Position numbers and translations under genes: made by a program
Notes under the pieces: model-generated
The model's input: the letters and a program-made list of their open reading frames with translations, nothing else
The model's database searches: none
Told to the model about the DNA's origin: nothing
NCBI GenBank assembly: GCA_965216325.1
Contig: OZ244160.1
Coordinates: 2,080,001-2,144,000, forward strand
Length of the DNA: 64,000 nucleotides
Direction: 5' to 3'
Source of the DNA: Coraliomargarita sp.
Lineage (GTDB): Bacteria; Verrucomicrobiota; Verrucomicrobiia; Opitutales; Coraliomargaritaceae
In this document: one piece after another, positions 30,350-39,983 of the stretch
How the letters are laid out: the number at the start of each line of letters is the position of its first letter
Position numbering within the stretch: position 1 is the stretch's first letter

Positions 30350-32470
30350 TTGATGGCCTCAAATCAGCAAACAGACTCGGAGATGTTCGAGCGGCTTTTG
30401 AAACGTGAGCGTGAGTCGCGTAAGGAAGCTGAGCGTTTGTTGGACCAGAAGTCGGCTGAACTCTACAATACTAATCAACGTTTGCGCGAGCTGGCCGATA
30501 AGTTGGAGCAACGCGTCGAAGAGCGCACCTCTGAGTTGGAAACAGCACTCCTTCGCGCTGAGTCCGGCGACCGGGCGAAGTCTACCTTCCTGGCGAACAT
30601 GAGCCACGAGATCCGCACGCCGCTGAATGGCATTTGCGGCATGGCGCGCATCCTGGGTAGTGCAGCGCTTGATCATGAGGCCTTGGAGCAAGTCCGTGGC
30701 ATTCAAATCAGTGCCGATTCTTTGCTGCACGTGCTCAATGACATTTTGGACTTTTCTAAAGTAGAAGCAGGACAGTTGGATATCGAAGAAGTGGACTTTG
30801 ATGTCGCTCAGGTGATTGATTCGGCTTTCACCGTTTTACAGATGCGTGCAACTGAGAAAGCATTGCGCTTTGACTTTATCTATCCGGATGCAGAGTTGCC
30901 CCGATTGCGTGGTGACCCAAGCCGACTCAATCAAATTCTACTCAATCTCTTGGGGAATTCGATTAAGTTTACTGGTGAGGGCTCCGTTGTCTTGATCTGT
31001 TCGATCTCGAAGCGCACGATAGATAGTCTGGTGCTGCAATTTACCATTCGCGATACGGGGATTGGTATGACCGCTGAGGATATGGATCATGTCTTTGAGC
31101 CCTTCGCGCAGGCAGATTCATCGATTAATCGGCGCTTTGGTGGCAGTGGACTGGGGCTGGCGATTTGCAAAGAATTGATTCAGTTGATGGGGGGCACTCT
31201 GAGCGTCGAGTCCGAGCCTGGTAACGGCAGTGAATTTACCGTCGAGTTGCCTTATAAAATCAGTCGAGAGCCCTCGTCTCAGAAGGCCGCGCGCCCTGGA
31301 CGCTGCCGGGCCTTTATTGTAACAGAGTCGGATCATTTTTATCGTATGTGTATGTCGATGCTCGCCTACGGTGGGCTCGGGCTGCAGCGTGTTGAGAGTG
31401 CCTCAGACGCGGTCGATTTGCTCGGTAATGATCGGGGTGTACTTCTGATTGATCGTAGCCTGCAGTCCGGGTATGCGCCTTCGTTGGATCCGGATCTCAT
31501 GGAGCCCTTGCCCGATTCTTTGCAGCGGATCCTTATCTCCGAGATGATTCCACCGAGTTCGGTGGAGTCTGCGGAGGTGCTGACGTATCCAATTGCTCGA
31601 TACAAATTTCTGAGTACGGTATTTGCGCTCTTGGACTTGCAGTTGCCAGGGTTTATCTTTCAGCGCCATGGGGAATCGTCCTTTGAGGATGTTGATCTTA
31701 GTGGATTGCGCGTGTTGGTCGCTGAGGATAATAAGATTAATCAGAAGGTCGCACGCATGACAATTGAGCGCTTTGGTGCGACGGTCGACCTCGCGGGTAA
31801 CGGAATCGAGGTTTTGGAACTGGCGGCTCGATTCGAGTATGACCTCATTCTAATGGATATACGCATGCCGGTGATGGATGGCGTTGAAGCCTGTCTGGAG
31901 ATTCGTTCTCGGGGGGGCGATATCCCCGTCTATGCCTTGACGGCGGATGCGATGAAGGGCGACCGTGAGCGTTTTATGCAGGCCGGAATGAATGGTTATC
32001 TAAGTAAGCCTTTGGTCGAGGCCGACCTGGTTGACTTATTGCTGAGCAATCGTAGCCACGCGCTCGGCGAGAGCGATGAGGCGAGCGCAGAGAAGTGCGA
32101 GTGCGAAGCGAATTGGCAGACAGTTTCTTTAAGCAAGCAGATCGGGCTCAGGTGTTGGATCTGGGAGCCTTCTATGATGTACTGTCAGGGAATCAAGAGG
32201 TCGCGCACGATTTGCTGCAGCAGTTTAGCCACGATGCCTTGGACTCGTTCGACGAGGGGCAAGCTGCCATGGCGGCTGAGGGCTTGGAGACTGCACGCAG
32301 CCGTTTTCATCAGCTTTCCGGTACGGCTGGCACTATCTGTGCAGATCAGGTACGAGTCTACTGCTTGGGCTTGGAGCGGTGCCTCATGCAAGAGCCACCC
32401 GATCTGGACGCCTGCCTTAAACATCTCCCCGACGCGCGCGCGGCGCTGCAGCGCCTGTGCTCCGAAATAA
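30350..32470 (+). CDS. Hybrid sensor histidine kinase (HisKA-HATPase-REC), cytoplasmic; C-terminal Hpt out of frame
   Basis: FLANMSHEIRTPL, NLLGNSIKF, DTGIG, GGSGLGL and LILMDIRMP. The sequence after about 32090 is a junk-like tail. Confidence 0.9.
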   Translation: MMASNQQTDSEMFERLLKRERESRKEAERLLDQKSAELYNTNQRLRELADKLEQRVEERTSELETALLRAESGDRAKSTFLANMSHEIRTPLNGICGMARILGSAALDHEALEQVRGIQISADSLLHVLNDILDFSKVEAGQLDIEEVDFDVAQVIDSAFTVLQMRATEKALRFDFIYPDAELPRLRGDPSRLNQILLNLLGNSIKFTGEGSVVLICSISKRTIDSLVLQFTIRDTGIGMTAEDMDHVFEPFAQADSSINRRFGGSGLGLAICKELIQLMGGTLSVESEPGNGSEFTVELPYKISREPSSQKAARPGRCRAFIVTESDHFYRMCMSMLAYGGLGLQRVESASDAVDLLGNDRGVLLIDRSLQSGYAPSLDPDLMEPLPDSLQRILISEMIPPSSVESAEVLTYPIARYKFLSTVFALLDLQLPGFIFQRHGESSFEDVDLSGLRVLVAEDNKINQKVARMTIERFGATVDLAGNGIEVLELAARFEYDLILMDIRMPVMDGVEACLEIRSRGGDIPVYALTADAMKGDRERFMQAGMNGYLSKPLVEADLVDLLLSNRSHALGESDEASAEKCECEANWQTVSLSKQIGLRCWIWEPSMMYCQGIKRSRTICCSSLATMPWTRSTRGKLPWRLRAWRLHAAVFISFPVRLALSVQIRYESTAWAWSGASCKSHPIWTPALNISPTRARRCSACAPK

Positions 32471-32493
32471 ACAAACTTACCAACGCTGGTTAA
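32095..32493 (+). CDS. Hpt domain, frameshifted from the kinase or translated separately
   Basis: LDLGAF..VLSG..EVAHDLLQQF...FHQLSGTAGTICA Hpt pattern; the stop lies 1 nt before the next ATG. Confidence 0.7.
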   Translation: MRVRSELADSFFKQADRAQVLDLGAFYDVLSGNQEVAHDLLQQFSHDALDSFDEGQAAMAAEGLETARSRFHQLSGTAGTICADQVRVYCLGLERCLMQEPPDLDACLKHLPDARAALQRLCSEINKLTNAG

Positions 32494-32494
32494 T

Positions 32495-33853
32495 ATGTGT
32501 GCTTCTGTAAAACCCCGCCGCCTTCTGATTGCTGATGATGACCCGATTACCTCACGAGTCATCAAGCATGGCTTCGAATCCGTCGGCCTAACTGGAGCCT
32601 ATTTTGAAAACGGCGATGACTTATTGGAGCACTTGCATGACGGTGTTGAGGCCTGCGTACTCGATATCCAGATGCCCGGCACCAATGGCTTAGACTGTCT
32701 ACAGCGTATCAAGAAAAACCATCCGCACTCCGAGGTCATTATCCTCACCAATGTGAATCAGGCGGCGGAAGCGCTTGAGGCTGTGCGCTTAGGTGCTTTC
32801 GACTACATTACCAAGCCTTTTGATTTGAAGGAGCTCACCAACCGAGTTTCGAATGCGATGTCCTATTGCCGCAGTCAGCTGGAGCGTGAGGCCTTGAGGG
32901 CTTCTTTGGCCGAGCCGCAGTTGGAGACTCCTGTCCTTGGGCAGTCGGCTGTGATGCAACAAGTGCAGTCCTTAGTGCAGCGTATTGCGCCGACCTTGAA
33001 TTCGGTCTTGCTCACAGGGGCCAGCGGCACGGGGAAGACTTTGTTGGCACGCGCGATTCATGCGGCGAGTAAGCGAGCGGACGCGCCCTTTATTAGTGTC
33101 AGCTGTCCGTCTTTGCCGGGTGAGTTGCTTGAGTCCGAGATGTTTGGCCACGAGAAGGGTGCCTTCACGGGCGCGACTGCGCGCCGTATTGGGCGCGTGC
33201 AACTCGCGGAAGGGGGCACGCTCTTCCTTGATGAAATCGCTGAGCTGTCGCTACCACTACAGGCCAAGTTGCTGACTTTCCTGCAGAGTAAAACCTACTA
33301 CCGAATTGGTGGTGAAAAAGCTCTGAAAAGTGATGTCCGTATTTTGGCGGCGACTAATCAGGATCTCGAAGCACGTGCTAAAGAAGGACTGTTCCGTGAA
33401 GATTTATTCTACCGTCTTAATGTGTTGCCGATCGAGATGCCGGATCTCACGGATCGACGTGAAGACATTCCGATGTTGGTGGAGCAGTTCGTTGGGCGTT
33501 TTGCAGCCGAGAATGAGCAGCCGATGCCGCGCATTGCGCCCGACTGTCTCTTGCAATTACAGCAGATGTCTTGGCCTGGGAATGTGCGTGAATTGGAGAA
33601 TGCCGTGATTCGTGCAATGACCCTGCGCGCTGATCCCGAGCAGTTACAGGCCGACGATTTGCTCGGGCTTTCCGTACCTGAGCCTTCGGTTGGGATGGCA
33701 AGCTTGGGCGGGATGACTCTGGCAGAGATCGAACGCCGTGCCTTGGTTGAAACCCTGGAGCTCTGCGGTCAGCGCAAGGCCGAAGCGGCCCGCATGTTGG
33801 GCATCGCCGTGAAAAGCGTGTATAACAAGATGTGCCGTCACGGTCTGATCTAA
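32495..33853 (+). CDS. sigma54-dependent response regulator (NtrC family bEBP)
   Basis: REC domain, [50 protein letters not shown] and Fis-type HTH. Confidence 0.96.
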   Translation: MCASVKPRRLLIADDDPITSRVIKHGFESVGLTGAYFENGDDLLEHLHDGVEACVLDIQMPGTNGLDCLQRIKKNHPHSEVIILTNVNQAAEALEAVRLGAFDYITKPFDLKELTNRVSNAMSYCRSQLEREALRASLAEPQLETPVLGQSAVMQQVQSLVQRIAPTLNSVLLTGASGTGKTLLARAIHAASKRADAPFISVSCPSLPGELLESEMFGHEKGAFTGATARRIGRVQLAEGGTLFLDEIAELSLPLQAKLLTFLQSKTYYRIGGEKALKSDVRILAATNQDLEARAKEGLFREDLFYRLNVLPIEMPDLTDRREDIPMLVEQFVGRFAAENEQPMPRIAPDCLLQLQQMSWPGNVRELENAVIRAMTLRADPEQLQADDLLGLSVPEPSVGMASLGGMTLAEIERRALVETLELCGQRKAEAARMLGIAVKSVYNKMCRHGLI

Positions 33854-33915
33854 GACTAGAGAACCGCGCCTTCGTGGTTGTCAGCCCGCTTGCCTCCGAG
33901 TTGAATCTGGCGCTG

Positions 33916-34617
33916 ATGGACTACGAATTTGATGAGACCCCAATTGAACTCACCGCCGAAGAAGCCCGTGTGTTGGGCTGCTTGATGGAGAAGTGCTTTA
34001 CCACCCCGGATGTGTATCCGCTCACTTTCAACAGTTTGCTGACCGCCTGTAACCAAAAGACCAACCGCGCGCCGGTCGTGGATTACGACGAAGATATCGT
34101 CGCCGAAGCGATCGAAGGCTTGCGTGGCAAGCAACTCGCCCTGCGCGTGGATGGGGCCGGCTCGCGCGTGCAGAAGTACCGTCATCGCATCGATGAGCGT
34201 CTAGGGCTGAGTTCAGCCAGTCAGGCGCTGCTTACGGTGCTCCTTTTGCGCGGGCCGCAAACCTTGGGCGAGCTCCGCACCCGCACCGAGCGCATGCACG
34301 CCTTCCCGACGATTGAGTCGGTTGAAAAAGAGATCACTGAAGCGGCGGAAGACTGTGAACTCCCCCTGTGGAAACGTTTGCCACAAGCACCCGGCCAGAA
34401 AGAAGCCCGCTTCGCTCATCGACTCTTTGGTGAAGATGCTCTCGCCGCTGAGCAGCAATTCGATGCGCCCGCCGTTGCGACAGCACCGGCAGCAGTGACT
34501 GCTGTGCAGCAGCGCAACGAACGCATCGCCGAGCTCGAGCAACGCGTGGAAACACTAGAGACACAACTCTCAGAGCTGAACGCTCAGTTCACTGCCTTCA
34601 AAGCGCAGTTTCAGTAG
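33916..34617 (+). CDS. YceH/DUF480 family protein
   Basis: [31 protein letters not shown] and [14 protein letters not shown] motifs. Confidence 0.9.
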   Translation: MDYEFDETPIELTAEEARVLGCLMEKCFTTPDVYPLTFNSLLTACNQKTNRAPVVDYDEDIVAEAIEGLRGKQLALRVDGAGSRVQKYRHRIDERLGLSSASQALLTVLLLRGPQTLGELRTRTERMHAFPTIESVEKEITEAAEDCELPLWKRLPQAPGQKEARFAHRLFGEDALAAEQQFDAPAVATAPAAVTAVQQRNERIAELEQRVETLETQLSELNAQFTAFKAQFQ

Positions 34618-34870
34618 CATAGGCATCTTGCCTGTGCCATATGAGTTTGGCTAGGGGCACCACTCCGTCTCGTTTCACAGCTTCGACCGTTCGACAAGCT
34701 CACGGCAGGCCAAGCTCACGCCAAGCTAAGCCCACGGCAGGCGATCCATCCCTCCTCGACAAATTCGACAGGCTCATTTCAGAGAGGAGGGGAGTTTTTG
34801 TGGCGTCAGTTTAGAAAGCTCCTCCCCTGCCAAGGGGAGCTCAGCCTGAGTTTGTCGAAGACAGGGAGCG
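34615..34870. repeat. Cluster of nested palindromic repeats
   Basis: CATAGGCATCTTGCCTGTG hairpin; 34657-34795 is an inverted, module-expanded copy of 46181-46233; 34816-34860 starts like the DUF559 left repeat (AAGCTCCTCCCCTGCCAAGGGGAG). Confidence 0.75.
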
Positions 34871-34888
34871 GTATAAGGTCCTGTCAGC

Positions 34889-35524
34889 TTAGCGCTTGCT
34901 CGCCTGATACTGCTGCCAGTTCTGGTAGGCGAAGAAGCCCATGAACAGTAGTAGGATCAGTGCATTCAGCACAAAGAAGGCGATCAGCCCGATCGCGACC
35001 GCAGTCACCATGCCGATCAAATGCACCAGCGGCGCGCGCTGCGGGCCAAGCGCAGCAGCCAGCATTTGTCCGCCATCCATTGGGTGGATCGGAAGGCAGT
35101 TCAAAATGGACCAGACAAAGCTGACCCACATCATAAAGATCAAGGCGATCTCCAAGAGCGAGCCTTCGGGGAAGGGGAGGATAAACAGCAAAATTACGGC
35201 GACGATACCCAACACAAACTGAATCGCCGGCCCGGCGGCCGTTACCAGAAAGCTCTGCTTACGGTTCAGATGCCCCGCCGGGTAACGCGCAAAGCCGCCA
35301 AAGGCCACCAAGTGGACCTCGGTCGGCAGACGATACTTCTTGATCATCAGCGCGTGGCCGAACTCGTGCACCAAGACCGAGACAAAGCCGGCCAGCACAA
35401 ACATGGCGACCTCGATAAGGGCAGTCGTATCGTTTGCGCGTAAGCCGCCACCAATCAGCGCGAGCGTCAGCCAGAACCAAGGGTGCACAAATACGGGAAT
35501 GTTGAATAAACGAAATCGAAGCAT
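34889..35524 (-). CDS. Site-2 protease (M50) family membrane metalloprotease
   Basis: HEFGH, AAGP and [11 protein letters not shown] motifs. Confidence 0.93.
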   Translation of the reverse strand: MLRFRLFNIPVFVHPWFWLTLALIGGGLRANDTTALIEVAMFVLAGFVSVLVHEFGHALMIKKYRLPTEVHLVAFGGFARYPAGHLNRKQSFLVTAAGPAIQFVLGIVAVILLFILPFPEGSLLEIALIFMMWVSFVWSILNCLPIHPMDGGQMLAAALGPQRAPLVHLIGMVTAVAIGLIAFFVLNALILLLFMGFFAYQNWQQYQASKR

Positions 35525-35618
35525 CGCCGCAGATATGGAACGTCTATCCGAACCTGAGCAATGTTATTGTTGATCCGAGATTGCCAGTGATGGACGCGCT
35601 GGTGTTGACTGTGTTCTA

Positions 35619-36611
35619 ATGAAACTCGGAATTATTGGAACTGGTTGGGTCGCAGAGAAGCATTTGTCTGCACTGCAGCAAATTGAGGGCGCAGAAGTGG
35701 TTGCAATCGCTGGCCGTAATCAAGATCGCGCGCTTGAGTTGGCGGCCCCCTTCGGTGCAAAGACCTATGATGCGTATTTGCCGATGCTTGAGCGAGAGTC
35801 GCTCGATGCGGTGTTTCTATTGCTGCCGCCGCATTTGCACGGGGAGGTGGAGCGTGCTTGTGCGGAGCATGTGGGTGCGGTGCTGATTGAAAAGCCGATC
35901 ACGCCGTCCTTTGAGCAGGCGCAGGAGGTTCACCGTATCTTTCAACGAGCGGGCACCCTCGTCTCTGTTGGCTATCAGAACCGCTACCGCACTGCGGTTC
36001 AACAAGCACGTGCTCACTTTACCGAAACCACGCCAGGTATTCTGGCCAATGGTTGGTGGATCACCGAAATGCCTCCGCCGTCTTGGTGGCGGCGCATGGA
36101 GCAGTCCGGCGGGCAATTCGTCGAGCAGTGCACCCACTTGGTCGATCTCAGTCGCTACTTTATGGGCGAGATTACCGAGGTGAGTGCTTACCGCACCAGT
36201 GGCTACATGACCGAGGTGCCTGATTACAGCGTCGACGACGCGATGGTCGTCAATGTGCGCTTCGCTTCCGGGGCCTTGGGCTCCTTCAGCACCGGTTGCT
36301 TTCCGGTTGGTAATCACGACGACATCGGCATTTGTCTGAACCTGTCTACGCGCCAGCACCGTGCGGTCTTCGAGACGTGGAACTTCGACGGGACCCTGCA
36401 CAGTGGTCGTGCCGCGCCGGAGCGATTACCCCAAACAAGCGACGCGTTCCTGCTACAGAACAAGGCCTTTTTGGGCGCAGTCGCCAGTAAGGACAGCAGT
36501 GGTATCCTCTCTAGTTATGAGGACTCCATGCGGACGCTCGCCGTAACGCTTGCGGCCAATGAATCCGCCCGCCAGCAGAGCGGCGCCCCGGTCCAGGTGG
36601 CTGCGGTTTAG
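35619..36611 (+). CDS. Gfo/Idh/MocA family oxidoreductase
   Basis: GIIGTG, IEKPI and SGGQFVEQCTHLVD motifs. Confidence 0.92.
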   Translation: MKLGIIGTGWVAEKHLSALQQIEGAEVVAIAGRNQDRALELAAPFGAKTYDAYLPMLERESLDAVFLLLPPHLHGEVERACAEHVGAVLIEKPITPSFEQAQEVHRIFQRAGTLVSVGYQNRYRTAVQQARAHFTETTPGILANGWWITEMPPPSWWRRMEQSGGQFVEQCTHLVDLSRYFMGEITEVSAYRTSGYMTEVPDYSVDDAMVVNVRFASGALGSFSTGCFPVGNHDDIGICLNLSTRQHRAVFETWNFDGTLHSGRAAPERLPQTSDAFLLQNKAFLGAVASKDSSGILSSYEDSMRTLAVTLAANESARQQSGAPVQVAAV

Positions 36612-36730
36612 GCTGCACCCTGGTCTTTGCTCTGCAGAGCGTTTGCTAAAGCTGCACGCTACGGTGTCGATTCCAAGTAATGTCCGGCGCAGTCGGGACG
36701 ATCCATTTACCTATGATCTCCTCCCAATCA

Positions 36731-37720
36731 ATGGGCGAACCGGCCGATGTCCTCATCATCGGTGCAGGGATCGCCGGACTCCTCTGTGCGACTGAGCTGC
36801 AGCAAGCCGGCCTGCGCGTTTGCGTGCTCGATAAAGGTCGCGGCTTCGGCGGGCGCATGGCGACCCGTCGGATGGGTACTGCACGCCTCGACCACGGCGC
36901 GCAGTTTTTCACCGTGCGTGATCCTCAGTTGCAGGCCTATGTCAAACAATGGCTGGCAGCCGGACTGATCCGTGAGTGGTATCGGCACGCGCCGGAAGAT
37001 ACCAAGCCCACGGGCTATCCGCGCTATTGTGGTGTGCAGGGGATGACCGATGTGCCGAAACACTTGGCGGCCTCCTTGCCGGTCTGGCGTGAGCAACAGG
37101 TGAGCAGTCTCGCTTGGGTTAATGGTGTCTGGCGGGCCCACACCTTGCAGGGGCACTGTTTCCAGGCCCATCAACTGGTGCTGACCGCGCCCTTGCCACA
37201 GTCGCTGATGCTGCTCGATACCTCCGGACTGAGTTATGCCGACTCGCAGGCCTTGCAGGAGCTGCGTGCCGTGCGCTACGAGCGTGGACTTGCGACCTTG
37301 GCGGTCCTGAATGGGCCGAGTGGCCTACCCGCTCCGGGGCGTGTCAAGATCGATACACCACCGCTTGCGTGGATTGCCGATAACCAGCAGAAGGGTATCT
37401 CACCCGATGTATCCGCAATTACACTACACGCGGATCCCGACTTTGCCGAGGCATACTGGAGCTCGCCCGATGACCTGCGGGGGCCTCTCATGCTCGAAGC
37501 CGCCGCGCCCTACATGACTGCCAAAGTCATCGATTACAGTTGTCATCGTTGGGGATTTACTACGCCGATCAACCCTTGGCCGGAGCGCAGCTTCCACGAT
37601 GCCAACCTGCATTACACCCTCGCCGGTGACGCCTTTGGCGGCCCACGCATCGAAGGCGCTGCGCTCTCTGGCTTACATGCTGCCGAGACCTTATTAAGCA
37701 GCGTTTCGACGGATGCTTAG
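36731..37720 (+). CDS. Renalase-like NAD(P)/FAD-dependent oxidoreductase
   Basis: IIGAGIAGL, DKGRGFGGRMATRR, DHGAQFF, HRW and GDAFGG..IEGAALSG. Start is 36680, 36713 or 36731. Confidence 0.9.
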   Translation: MGEPADVLIIGAGIAGLLCATELQQAGLRVCVLDKGRGFGGRMATRRMGTARLDHGAQFFTVRDPQLQAYVKQWLAAGLIREWYRHAPEDTKPTGYPRYCGVQGMTDVPKHLAASLPVWREQQVSSLAWVNGVWRAHTLQGHCFQAHQLVLTAPLPQSLMLLDTSGLSYADSQALQELRAVRYERGLATLAVLNGPSGLPAPGRVKIDTPPLAWIADNQQKGISPDVSAITLHADPDFAEAYWSSPDDLRGPLMLEAAAPYMTAKVIDYSCHRWGFTTPINPWPERSFHDANLHYTLAGDAFGGPRIEGAALSGLHAAETLLSSVSTDA

Positions 37721-37950
37721 CTGCTTGCCTGCGGTCGTAGCGTGCAGCTTTAGCAAACGCTCCACCGAGCATCAGTCAGTGTTTTCACCGACGGATCGAT
37801 ACAAAGCGTTTGCTCACCTCAACTAGTTGTGTCGCAGGCACACCATGCCCAGTGCCAGTAGGCCAAGTCGTCCTGCGGCATTGGCTGGTTCCGGGGTACG
37901 TGCCCGCTCTTAGATTCCTTTTGTGACAAACGTGTGTTAAGATAGGTTTC

Positions 37951-38025
37951 GTGGGCGTAGGCCCGTCTCGGACCGCACGAAGATCTGCGCATGGGCCATG
38001 TTTAACCGCTTAAGGACGGGTATGC
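37951..38025. repeat. REP-like repeat, uninterrupted paralogue of the MITE target site
   Basis: GGCCCGTCTCGGACCGCACGAAGATCTGCGCATGGGCCATGTTTAACCGCTTAAGGACG aligns with 39704 onward (GGTCCGTCTCGGACTGCATTCAGGCCTGCGCATGTGTAATGTTGAACCGTTAATGAACG). Confidence 0.65.
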
Positions 38026-38083
38026 GGTCAATGCATTGGATGGGCAGGGTGGTCTCCTACCACTCTTTAACGTTTTCCGGTAA

Positions 38084-38152
38084 CTGGAGGGACACTGTCC
38101 CCAGTGTCCGAATCAGACCTAACTGTGGACGACGAGGATGCCGTCCCTCCAG
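38084..38152. repeat. REPIN-like doublet
   Basis: CTGGAGGGAC...GTCCCTCCAG terminal inverted repeat with internal hairpins. Confidence 0.65.
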
Positions 38153-38313
38153 AATGATGACAGGTAAAGTCACACGATGGCATTAGGAAGGCAGGAACTG
38201 AGGCATCACTCAGATGGAGCTTCCTGTGTTCGTGCATTCCTGATGGCCAACACAGCTGTAAGCCCTTGTGCGCTTCGTGCCTTGCTGAGAGCTATTCACC
38301 GCGTTGTCAGCCC

Positions 38314-39225
38314 TTAGCAAAGCTCCGCGGCAGCCAGAAAGAGATCTTCGAAGGCATCCACACTGCGCTCAATCGGTTTAGCATAGCCGCCGCCCATGAA
38401 GATCACCATCGGCATGCCGTGCGCTTTGTGCAGTGCAAACACCCGGCGGTTCCTGGTGTCGAGCCCCGCGCGACTGAGCGAGAGCCGTCCCAGGCCATCG
38501 TCTGCCAAGGGATCCACACCGGCTTGATACAAAATCAAGTCAAAGTCCTGTGGGCGCACCCGCTCGAGTGTTTTGTCCAGCGCATCCAAATAATCCGCAT
38601 CGCCCATCTCGTCGGAGAGGTGCACATCCCAATCGCTTTGCTCTTTGCGGAAGGGGAAATTGCTTTCCGCATGCACCGAGCAGGTAAAGATATCCGGATA
38701 CCGCGCACACATCGATGCCGTGCCATCGCCCTGGTGCACATCGAGGTCGAGAACCAACACACGTGTTACCCTGGGTGACTGCAGTGCATGGATCGCGCAG
38801 AGTGCGATGTCGTTAAAGATGCAATAGCCCGAACCAAAGTCAGCGTGCGCATGGTGGGTGCCACCCGCCATATTGCCCGCCATGCCGCCGTGGGTTAGTA
38901 CTTGTTCCAAGGCCTGCAGGCTGCCGCCGGTGATGCGTAGTGTTCGCTCAATGATCGAGTCCGTCCAGGGACGCAGGCCGATACGTCGAATTGCCTCGAG
39001 CGATAGGCTAGCGGATAAAAACGCATCCACATAGTCGGCGTCATGCCCGAGTTCCAGCTCCGCGCGCGTCGCCATGCGTGGCGCACGCAGTTCAATGGTG
39101 TTGCTGTTCTTCAGGCGCTCATACAGCAGTCGATAACGCTCGCGCGGGAAGCGTGCATCCGGGGCGAGGCCCTCGGTGTAAATCGGATCGTAGTAGAGCG
39201 GCAGCATATCAGTCCCAGCGACCAT
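38314..39225 (-). CDS. Histone deacetylase family protein
   Basis: GGTHHA, GYCIFND, DLDVHQGDGT, QAGVDPL..DGLG and GGGY motifs. Confidence 0.95.
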   Translation of the reverse strand: MVAGTDMLPLYYDPIYTEGLAPDARFPRERYRLLYERLKNSNTIELRAPRMATRAELELGHDADYVDAFLSASLSLEAIRRIGLRPWTDSIIERTLRITGGSLQALEQVLTHGGMAGNMAGGTHHAHADFGSGYCIFNDIALCAIHALQSPRVTRVLVLDLDVHQGDGTASMCARYPDIFTCSVHAESNFPFRKEQSDWDVHLSDEMGDADYLDALDKTLERVRPQDFDLILYQAGVDPLADDGLGRLSLSRAGLDTRNRRVFALHKAHGMPMVIFMGGGYAKPIERSVDAFEDLFLAAAELC

Positions 39226-39331
39226 GTGCTGACCGTGGACCGAAGCAAATCCGAATTAAAACGATGTTGCTTTGCACCGCATCCGAGGAACTCAGTGACG
39301 ACCAGAAGCGATGGTAGCGCAGGTGCGTCTC

Positions 39332-39703
39332 GAATGGCACTACCTTAAGGATAATTATGGGCTGGATGTTCTATTGCGGTATAGACTGTTTAAAACTCTC
39401 TTCCTTGGTTAGGAGGAGTCCCCTGAGCTTGTCGAAGGGGGAGGTGGTTGGTTGCTGCGTTATACCATACTGTAACTTTTCCCCTTAAAAAGGTAGGGAG
39501 GTCCCCTCCGACTTTCAGAGGCATGAGGGCATGCCTCCCTACCCAACAATAGCATTCGTCCTACCAGAAATAGTTGAAGACTGGTATTATAGGCCTTTCT
39601 TCGGTCATACCCCTCCGTCTGCTTTCGCAGGCACCTCCCCATGGCTGGGGAGGTGCTATTTGTCTCTGAGAATTCTTAAATTTGCCTTAAGGTAGTAACA
39701 TTC
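39332..39703. mobile_element. IS4-like non-autonomous element (MITE, 372 bp)
   Basis: TIRs GAATGGCACTACCTTAAGG and rc GAATGTTACTACCTTAAGG (17/19); flanking 10-bp near-duplication GGTGCGTCTC (39322-31) / GGTCCGTCTC (39704-13); no transposase. Confidence 0.7.
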
Positions 39704-39799
39704 GGTCCGTCTCGGACTGCATTCAGGCCTGCGCATGTGTAATGTTGAACCGTTAATGAACGTGAATGCTAAGTGATGTAGGACAGGCGTCGCACCGCT

Positions 39800-39876
39800 T
39801 GTAAAAAATTCAGGAGACGTTTTTTTGGGGGATCCAAAGACGGTAGAATTTACTGGGATACCATACGTATCCCAGT
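39800..39876. promoter_or_regulatory. Putative enhancer boxes and palindrome upstream of the adhesin gene
   Basis: TGTAAAAAATTCA (39800-12), GGTAGAATTTACT (39842-54) and ACTGGGATAC-CATAC-GTATCCCAGT (39852-76). Confidence 0.5.
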
Positions 39877-39942
39877 TTCTGAGGAGTAGCGAAATTATTT
39901 ATCCAGCTGATAAACAGGTGCTTGTGTAGTTTGGGAGGTCGG

Positions 39943-39958
39943 TGGCATGTCGCCTGCT
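39943..39958 (+). promoter_or_regulatory. sigma54 -24/-12 promoter
   Basis: TGGCATGTCGCCTGCT = GG-N10-GC, 26 nt before ATG 39984. Confidence 0.6.
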
Positions 39959-39983
39959 TATTACAGGAAGCCCCTCAACGATT

